Shown here: one piece after another, positions 45,283 through 64,000 of the stretch | Layout: the number at the start of each line of letters is the position of its first letter | Numbering within the stretch: position 1 is the stretch's first letter | Assembly: GCA_965240325.2 (NCBI GenBank) | Contig: OZ251235.1 | Location: forward strand, 372,001-436,000 | Source of the DNA: Rebecca billardiae RCC1528 | Taxonomy: Eukaryota; Protista; Haptophyta | Length of the DNA stretch: 64,000 nt | Direction: 5' to 3' | The notes under the pieces: generated by a model | Seen by the model: only the letters and a program-made list of their open reading frames with translations | Databases searched by the model: none | Told to the model about the DNA's origin: nothing | Position numbers and translations under genes: made by a program

Positions 45283-45822
45283 CGCAGGGGCCCTGGCAGC
45301 CACCCAGCTTCAGCCTGCTGGGTTCAACCGACTGGTGGTCGCCAGCGACACGGCTGTGGATGGCGAATCGACGAGCCGCAACGAGCTGCGAGGAGTCGTC
45401 GAGGTTTAGCCGCAGCTTGCGGATCTTGGTAACAGCGGAGTGCATCTAAAGCAGCTATTTTAAGCATACGCCGAAACTGAAACCGCATAGGGAAACGAAA
45501 AGTCATGAAGACGTGTCTATGATACTGGATGGGATGAAGATGAGCGTGGGTAGCCGGGGGTCGTCAATTGAGCATCTTCCTATACGCATTTATGGAACTT
45601 TGCTGGTCAAAGGGGGGAGCTGGTAAAAATGCGGTTGACGTCAAACAAACATGAATAGAGCGCGCATCCCCCTCCAATATGTGATCCCGAGCTTGATGCG
45701 AAGGATGCGTTCGTTTTCGATTCCCAGTTCCACACGCATGAAGAACGCCCGGAATCCGTACCAACAGTCCGGTCCGGAGCTACCAGCCCCCGTCGGCTTG
45801 CCGCTCAAGAAACGGCGGCCCC

Positions 45823-46669
45823 ATGGAGGATGAGAGCATCTTGCAGGAGCTCTCTGGGGGCACTGGTGACAACATCGTGAGTGACTTCACCACATACGAG
45901 GACTACCTCGACTCGCAGATCTCCGAGACAGACCTCTACTACTTGGAGGATGAGGTGCGTGCCTTGCGCGCACGCGCGCGCAAGCAGCGAGCTGCGATCC
46001 CCATCAGGCGGCGCGGCGCGTGCGTCGCGGCTCACGATGGCTGGCGATGCGGTGGCCCGCCGTGCGCCGCAGGACCTCGCGCGCCAACTGGTCGAACTCG
46101 GCTACCGCGGCTCGGGCGAGACGCTGAAGCGCGAGGAGTTCGAAGCGCGAAAGCGAGCGGCCGAGGCGGCGCGGCTGTCAAAGCTGCGCGCAGCGCCCAA
46201 AGCGCTCGCCTCGGCCAACAAGGAGAAGCAGATCGCCGAGTCACCATTCCTCGCAGCACTCGCCGAGCGCGAGGAGATGGTTCGCAACGGCAAGCTCACC
46301 ACCGTCCTCTTCATCCGCGACCGCAACGCCAAGGGGCAGGAGGTGTCGGGGTACATTGACTATGCGCACCGGCTCAAAGCGGAGAACTTCGAGCCCTACT
46401 TCGAGGGCAAGAAGAAGCTGCTGCCCAAGCCGTCGGACCTCTCCTTCTACAACTGGGAGACGCAGACGAGCACGTCGAACCACACGCCCAACTTCCAAGT
46501 GATCGCCGACAACGAGTCCGGGCTTCTCTTCAAGAACAAGCGCGACCGCAAGGTGATCAACGTCGACCCAAAGGCCAAGCCGGGCGACAACTCGCGGCGG
46601 ATAGAGATCTCGGCCAAGGAGTACATCCAGGTCGTCATATACGACCACGTGACGCGCCGAAAGACCTAG
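45823..46669 (+). CDS. CFAP299: Cilia- and flagella-associated protein 299 (DUF4464); intron 45955-46072
   Basis: [57 protein letters not shown] and YDHVTRRK motifs. Confidence 0.93.
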
Positions 46670-48315
46670 GGCGCACGCTCGCCATCGCGTGCATCGCAAT
46701 TAGGCTCCAAAGACACAGTGATTCCGCGTTCGAACTCCGAGTGTCATCCCGATCCGCCGGCCGCTCCGCCGCGCGGCGGGAGGGCGGCCGGTCCGGCCGC
46801 TGACTGAAGTCACTCGAGATCACTGTGAAGAACTCATATCATTATACGATTTACGACCTTGACAGGTCGAATGTCATAGTCGTCATTAGAATACTATTTA
46901 ACCGTCTTACCGACGACTATTACTATTTACTACGTTGACTGATTGACCGGATTTTCATTTAGTAATTATAAAGTAATACGCCGTGGGCGGCCGTGGCGAC
47001 GCCTTCAGACTTTTGTCTTTTGAACCGCCGGCCCGCAGTTGGCGGTTAGATGACCAATTCGTCGATCCAATAATAATTCTGTATTTTTATTTTATTAAAA
47101 ATACACAGGCACGAGGGGCGCCGCCAGCTCTCCTTCCTGATTCGTCTGTCGTGGTACTCAGGTCGAAGCTTGCAGCAGTGGCAGTGGTGTGAGCACGTTG
47201 ATGTATTGGTCGCCATGGTCTGATGGTGGATGTTGTTGACTCACTAATAATTTATTTGTTGTCGTCACGTCGTCGTCGACGTCGTCAGGCCCGCCAGGAT
47301 TCGACCCGTTGCACGGGTGCGTGACCGTAGGGCGGTGAAAATGCGACGTACCGGTGAAAATACGGTTTTGCAACTAGCGCTGGGCGATGGCTGCCGGGCG
47401 CGACGAGCCGAGCGGATTGGTGCACGGGGAATCCAATTCCCCGTGCACCAATCCAATCCGTTCGTCGCCAGGTGCTGCCGTTGCCGAGATCGAGCTGCAA
47501 AACCCTCAGCAGGTGGTCAAGAGAAGGAAACGGGGAGGGCTGTCGCAGCGCGCGCGCCGCGGTGGGAAGAGAGAAGGGCTTGCCTCCCAACTGCAGCTTT
47601 GGCAGCGTTCCCTCTTGCGGCAGTGGAAGCCGACGACGAGGAGGATGACGACGCAGCTGCTGATGACTGCTGCGAAGCAGCAGCGGTGACACTCTGCGGT
47701 GCACAGCTGCCACCGCGCGCGCCGCGCGCGACTCGGTCTCGGACTCGGGTGATGGCGACAGCAGGCGCAGCACAGCAGTCCTCATGAAGACGATGAAGCT
47801 GCGTGCACGGGTGCACGAGGTGGCAGGCGAAAGCGCGCCGACGAGACAGCACTTGACACGCCTGAGCGCACGCCCATGCTCGCCGAGCGCGAGCGCTGCA
47901 AGTGCAACTACAGTGCGCGCCGAGGCTGTACTCGGCGGCACTGCGTCCGCGGTCATCGTCTCTTCACTTGTCGAGGCTGCTGCTGCGGCGGGCCGGGGGC
48001 ACTACCCGGCACGCGCGGCGTAGCGCGCTAGACGGAAGGTGATGGTAGACGCACTGTTACGCTCCCGCCGCCGCCGCCGCCGCCTGCAAGACTATCGTCA
48101 CTCTAGGCCGCGCCGAAGTGTCGTTTTTTCGGCGCTCACGCTTGCAACGGGTCATTCAGGAAGTCGGCATAGGTACCAAATCAAAGGCGGGTGAGCATGT
48201 TGGCGTCAGCAAGGCCGTCCCCTACTTGGTCAGCAGCGGGTGGATGATGTCGTCGCCTACTTCGGGAGACCGTCCGTCCGCGCGGCGCTAGCTGGCTAAA
48301 TTTATAACCGCGTGC

Positions 48316-48781
48316 TAGGGGGGTCAGCCGTCAGAGCCCCACTGACAGTGCGCCACTGTAGTGGGGTGTGTGGCCCAAAATCCAACTTTCTGTCGTCTTG
48401 AGATGAGGCTCTCAAGCTTCGGGATGTCAATATTCGCCTGAAATGTCCTGGGGTCACGCTGACAAGTTTTTCGAAAAAATGTCACATACTGGCGGAGATA
48501 TACGACCTCAATCTCGACGCGATCTCGGCAACATTAGTAGGGGAGATACATGATCTCCAAGGTGATCTCGACGCTATTTGCACCAGAATCGCACCGGCTA
48601 GATCACATGTTCGCAGTCTGAAATCAGTGGCACAGGCGGATTCTACACCCTGGAATTAAGCCTTAACGCCTAGTACTAACTAGTTCGTCCAAGTATATAC
48701 CCGTGTGATAGTTCATGCTATAAGATATTTCGGGAGATTGTGGCACCAGGGAGTGTAACGGTCGGAGCTCTGACCCCACTA
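48316..48781. mobile_element. MITE with short TIRs and a 9-bp TSD
   Basis: TAGGGGGGTCAG...CTGACCCCACTA; ACCGCGTGC at 48307-48315 and 48782-48790. Confidence 0.85.
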
Positions 48782-48862
48782 ACCGCGTGCGGCGTGTGAC
48801 GGCGTGTCTGCCATTGAGACCTCAGGCCAGTCAATACTCAATTATTAGACAATATGATACCA

Positions 48863-51593
48863 TGATCGGCTACGCCGATCTTCGGGTAGTAAACAACGAA
48901 GTTGAGGGCGCACGGCCCTGGTATCTAGTCAGTGTCGCGCGCGTTCTTCACGACTGCTGAATCACGTTGCGCGCGCGCCCCGGCCCGGCGCGTCGCCGTA
49001 CACGAGGGCGACTGTGAGCACGGGTTAGACTGAGAGGGGAGCACGGCGTCGCCCGTAGCATATGCCACCTCGCCATCGTCGCAGACTCGCCGCTCGCAGA
49101 TCTAAGCCTGTGGCTCGTCTCGTCGGTCAGGCAGTCAGGCATCCGTCGAGTGATGACTGCGTCAGACGACTGCGCGTTGCAGCCGCAGCCATACGGCATA
49201 CCGTACATACATACGCTCTCAGCGGGACTACGCGCGAGTTGTTCATCTGCCTTGTAACGGTGCCGGCACGTGGCGCGACGATTCTGGCGTCATTATCACT
49301 TGACGACTCGACTGATCACGACGAGTGCCGTCATCGTCTGGTTCCCCTGAGAAGTCTTCTGGAATGCATCAGCGACATGCTCCCGCAGCCTGGTCAGTGG
49401 TCCAAGCCAGTCACATCCGGCAGCCTGACATCATCCCACATGCCGCGCGGGCAGAGAGGCGCGCTATGCCCACGCGACTGGCTTCCTAGAAGCTGCCGTG
49501 ACGGAACGAGTGTCAGCAGTGGACCGCCGGCCGGTGCCGCGCGCCGCACCGCCGGGCCCAATGGCAACCGGAACACCCGGTGGCCGGCGGTGCGGCCCTA
49601 GGCTAGTGCGGCGGATCTATCGCGTATAGAACGACCGGCCGTGACGCGCTCTGCACCACGTACATTCGGACGCGGCAATGAGCAGCATGCACCACCGTCC
49701 GGCCGTCTCAGGTCGCTGTCGTCGGCAGCCAGCCGGTGCCGGGCACGGTGGCGCCGGGCGCTCGCAGCTGAAGGACCGCGATGGCAAGGCCGGATTGATT
49801 GCCAAGTCGTCAGCCGACGACTGGGAAGTTGAGCCTGATGCTGCCCGCTGCCGGTTCGCGGGACGAATGACGAGCAGCCTATGGTCCGTGAACCTGCGTC
49901 AGCTCCTAGAACTCTTCCAGACGTGGTGAGGATATCCCTCACTGCGAACTCAGCCCTCTCGCGCTGACGCAGCGCGTAGACCTTGCGGCCTGCTGCGTGC
50001 CGCGAGCTATCGGACAGCGCGGCCCGCCGGCCGCGGGCCTTGGGCGGCGGGTCGACGGCTCCAGGCAGCTGCGGAGGACGCGGAGGCCGGTCGCATCCCG
50101 GCCAATGCGTGGGCATCGGCCCGGCGGTTGGGCCCGTCAGCACGTCGGCAAGCGCTCTGATGCCACTCGACTCTCGAGACTGGCTGCCGAGCCGTGTCGC
50201 GCAACCGTGCCCGGCAAGACACGTGGGTCCGCGCCGAGCGTTCACCGGCCTCCGAACCCGCGCACGCCTACCAGCCCAGGGCCAGGGCACGCGCCGTCGA
50301 GCTGCCCAGTCGCAAGCAGCTCGACAGCCCCGCTGTGTGCGCGCGCCCTGCCGGTCCGTCCGCTGCCCGCTCGAGGGCGAGCACGCGGCGCCTCACCTGT
50401 CGACCACGACAGCGCGCCTCGCGTGCACACTCTGACGGCGAGGCCCGGGATCTGGGCATGCGATGGCACTACCCGCGCCTCCGCCAAGTCTCGGCCTGGC
50501 CGAGGGGTGCAACACCGGCCGAGCCCTCGGCCCGGCGCGCCGCCGCCAGCCTGAATGCGCTGAAAAGCCCCGAAGCCGTGCGCGGCAGGCCTGCGCGTGC
50601 GAGCGGCGATGGGCGTGGGCGGCGTTGCGCGGCGCGAAGTGGGCCAGGGGCATACGTCAGCCTCGACTCCGCCGCGTCGCGCGCGGCCGAGCGCGCGCTC
50701 TGCGCGCGGGGCGCGCGACGCGAGGCGGGCGCTCGCGCACACACACGGCCATCCCATCCGGGAGGCTCCGCGACGGCTCAAGCCCCGCGCCGCCTCCGCA
50801 ACCCGACTCACGGCCGCAGGAGCGCCCGGCGCGAGCGGCCCGGCGAAGGTCGGGCCGCCTCCCCTCGTGAGCAACCCGAGTCTTCGTCAGCCTCTGTGAG
50901 CCCGGAGTGCTGCGCAGTCACGAGTTTAGCGAAGCAGCACCCTGAACCCCGTACTACAGTTTACTATGATTTAACGTGCACACTTGGTTAAGGCGTGATA
51001 TCTGATGTACTCATTTCGTGTTGTATTGCGTACCCACCTCTTTATGCTATGCACTTGCATATGTATGTGATTAAGGCGACAACCGTCCAAAAACGGACAG
51101 AGATGAGATAGGCAGAGAGCCTAGAAGTGACGGTTCGTTAGCTCGTACCATTATGAAACTTTACCACCTTGATAACCGTATGATACTGACCAGGGCGGGA
51201 ACGTCGATTCAAGCTACCCGCGCAATACCATATCGCGTCGCTTTGATGAATCTGAGCAGTGAACAGCTATCCAGAGAATTCGTTCGATATCTCACCTTTT
51301 TATAATCAGTTCAACACACGAATCTTGACTATCAGAAAGGTATCAGAGATGACTTCGTCCTATTTGATTCCGATTTCTTCTATTACTTTACTATCCAAGG
51401 ATTAAGGAGCAGTACAAACGCAATCATGAGCAGCGAAATGGGGTCTCTATGCTGCGGATTTCACACCTAAATCCACCTACAAAAATCCCCCAAATCCTGC
51501 GCGCATCCTCTTTTTTGATTTTGCGGAGCACGTGCGCCGCCCCCCCCCCGGCTTTCGCTCACGCTCAGACCTTTCGGGGGGGGCCGTGCGCCA
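48863..51593 (-). mobile_element. Helitron2/Helentron-like non-autonomous element, copy B
   Basis: 51330-51593 is the reverse complement of about 41353-41605; 48863-49010 is the reverse complement of about 43060-43203; interior strongly diverged. Confidence 0.7.
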
Positions 51594-51949
51594 CTAGTCA
51601 CTACCAGTGCCGCCCGCGTCGGCAGAAGGCAGCTAGTGCTAGTTACTGCCGAGTCCGTGCCGCGATCGACTAGACATTATTACTTCGAGTGAGTGCTGCT
51701 GCTACTGCTGTGCTGCCGATGACTCTACTAGTCTAAATAAATCTGCAGAGTGGCGAGTGCTGTGACTGACAGACTGATGTGAGTGCGTCATCAGGTATCA
51801 CTAGTACCCCCATAATCCATATCCGATGTCTGAGCAGATGATCTCAGATGATTGACTCATCAGACTCATGACTGTACGTTGGTGACCACTTGGTCGTTGC
51901 GTATGGGGGTACGGTAGTCACAAGCGTGATCGACATTCACTAATCACTA

Positions 51950-52543
51950 CAGGTGGATACGGGTGATCTGGACAGTGGCCGACCCAACTCACGCGGAGGC
52001 CTCCCTGGGAGCATTGGGGTCGAAGGGGCGCCAGGGACGGACTTCAGGGGGTCCCTGGAGTTCCGCCGCAGCGCGCTTTCTGCGCTGCGGGCCCGTCTCC
52101 GCGCGTGGCGGCCGCAATGGCACTGTCCAATTAGCCCCTGGCACTGGCTGAGGCATGGGAATCGAGCTCAGAGACGCGCGCGCGGAGGAAAAGCGTGTGC
52201 AGCGGCTCGGACGGTTGCTCTGGGACCTACCCACGCCAGCGCAACCGCGCCTTGCCTCGGAGTCCGCCCTTCCTGAGTCCGCGCACGCGCCTTGCGGCTT
52301 GAAACGCTGGCGTTCGCCCTTGTGCGCGGGACTCACGAAACAAGGCGAAGGCGGCGAGAAGCGCGACCTGGCGCGTGCGCAGACGACGTCTCACGACCAG
52401 GTGAGTTCAGCGAACATCGTGCGCCGTCGTGGCGACCCGCCAGTGGGCGCTCGTGCTCGTTCGCCCACGAGCCCTCGCCACGAGGCCCGCCGCCCGCTGA
52501 GTGTCCAGATAGCCCCTGTGTCCAGTTAGCCCGTATCCACCTG
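51950..52543. mobile_element. Tc1/mariner-type MITE, short copy (594 bp)
   Basis: Same TIRs and TA flanks as 30614-31367; lacks about 160 bp near the left end. Confidence 0.92.
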
Positions 52544-52640
52544 TAGCTAATCACTGAGCCGCCATCGCCGTAGCTACGTACGTCTCCCGATCGCCGACGC
52601 TGAACAGCGCAGGAGGACGCCGGCCGGCGGCGGCGGCGTC

Positions 52641-53018
52641 ATGACGCTTGTGCTGCTGCTCATCCCGATTGTCGCCACGTCGTCGCTTGCGAGCACACGC
52701 CGGCTAGCTTCAGTCTCGAGCTTTCGACCATGCGTAAGCTCGGCCTTGCCGGGCAGGCACCTTCCTCTACACACGTTTGAGGGCATCCACGCGAGGAGCA
52801 CCATGCGTCGCAACGGCGCGCAAATGATGGGTGGGAAGGGGATCCCGGAGAGTCGCACGAGGAGCAATATGACGGAGCAGCCGCTCTCCGTGCAGCAATG
52901 GCTCGAGGAGAAGCTTGGCGCGCGCACAGTTCGGATACTGGCCTTCGTCATTGGCGTTCTGCCATATCCAATTATTGCGCTCGGCCTGCTGATGCGCGAC
53001 CACGCGGCCCAGCATTGA
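52641..53018 (+). CDS. Small protein with signal peptide, transit-like region and C-terminal TM helix
   Basis: MTLVLLLIPIVATSSLA; Ser/Arg-rich linker; ILAFVIGVLPYPIIALGLL. Confidence 0.5.
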   Translation: MTLVLLLIPIVATSSLASTRRLASVSSFRPCVSSALPGRHLPLHTFEGIHARSTMRRNGAQMMGGKGIPESRTRSNMTEQPLSVQQWLEEKLGARTVRILAFVIGVLPYPIIALGLLMRDHAAQH

Positions 53019-54082
53019 GAACTTGCGTGCCCACCTTCGACGAAACGCGATCCGACGAGCAGACACCGTACTCGTGAGTTGCCGGCCGGTGGCTGCGGTA
53101 GGCCGACGCCAGCTCTATCCCCGGAGGCACGCCGCAGTGGCGCGGACCACTCAAGTTGGGGCTGAGGCTGGCGGCGTCGCCACTCGCGATGCGTTGTCAC
53201 AATGGCTGTCCGATCGGCTCGGTGCCGCGGACCCGCATGCCAGCCGCGCGGTGGGATTCATGTCTGATGATGACATATCGTCATGACGACGACATATGAT
53301 GGTAGTCGTATATCATCGTGCACTGCTCACCTGGCCGGACTCCGGATTGATATTTGATCGTCGTCGATTGCCTCCGGCCGCCGCGGACGCGACATCATGA
53401 TTATTTAGATTGATCGTCGTCCGGCCATGCATATTCTGGGCATGCATCATTTATATATATTCGTCGTCTGATGCACTGCTGCGCCTGTCTCGGCGGGCCC
53501 GGTGGCGGTAAGATGATCTACAGTTTGACTATGTTTCAACGTTTTTAAACGTTACGTAGTGCACCTGTATGATGTAACTACATACGACTGCTTGATTAAT
53601 ATAGCTAAGGCGTGACGACTTGACATGTTACAGTAAATCAGTCCGTGACTCGTGAGTCATACTCATATCGTAGTCGTTTTTCTTACGCGCGCATGCTCCG
53701 CGCGCCGGCCGCTCCGGCGCCGCACTCGCAGAGGCTCTGACGACCGATCAGACTCAGAGTCCACGGAGGGTCCACTCTGCAGGCCCAGGGCACCGGATCA
53801 GTAGGCGGATCACGACTGCTGCTAGCTAGTCGACGACATATATAGCTCTACTAGCTAACTAGCAGCACTGTCAGCAGCCTCGGGCGCGAACTAGTGCTCT
53901 GGACGAGCTCGAGTCATCATTTCCTCGCGGCCGCATGGCGCATGCGGGTATAACGGGCGTCGCACGGCAACGGGCCACGGGCGGCCAGCGGTTGGCGGCC
54001 AGCGCCGCCCCGGACATTGCTGCGCCTCCCGCTTGTGAGCTAGTGGGCTGCTAGTGCGCGCGTATGATTGCCCGCCGCGCCA

Positions 54083-64000
<9,918 letters not shown>

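Noticed and set aside
47150-48300. Short ORFs with acidic and basic patches
   Set aside because: No consistent frame, motif or splice pattern
41353-51593. One 10-kb TIR transposon carrying host genes
   Set aside because: No TSD, and each side has its own 3' end at 43203 and 48863

Overview
Very GC-rich eukaryotic nuclear DNA with short GC-rich spliceosomal introns (GTGCG...GCAG). Bipartite-like targeting peptides and a ciliary gene point to a flagellated alga with a complex plastid (haptophyte-like; inferred only). Host genes, several in head-to-head pairs: RRN3, a triple-GAF protein, a histidine phosphatase, glyoxalase I, an EngB/YihA GTPase, a metallophosphoesterase-like protein, a TLC protein, homomeric acetyl-CoA carboxylase, an ARM+IQ protein, CFAP299, two small putative plastid proteins and a giant low-complexity gene running off the right edge. 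Mobile DNA is diverse. It includes an intact, very young Ty1/copia element with a 38-nt tRNA-Ala-complementary PBS and a transmembrane-like segment between Gag and protease, a deleted copia, a second LTR family, two Tc1/mariner MITEs and a MITE with a 9-bp TSD. There are also three 3' ends of a CRE-like non-LTR element sitting at (TA)n arrays, and two inverted copies plus a related end of a TSD-less element with asymmetric subterminal IRs and mini-hairpins (Helitron2/Helentron-like). A 200-N gap lies at 10362-10561.
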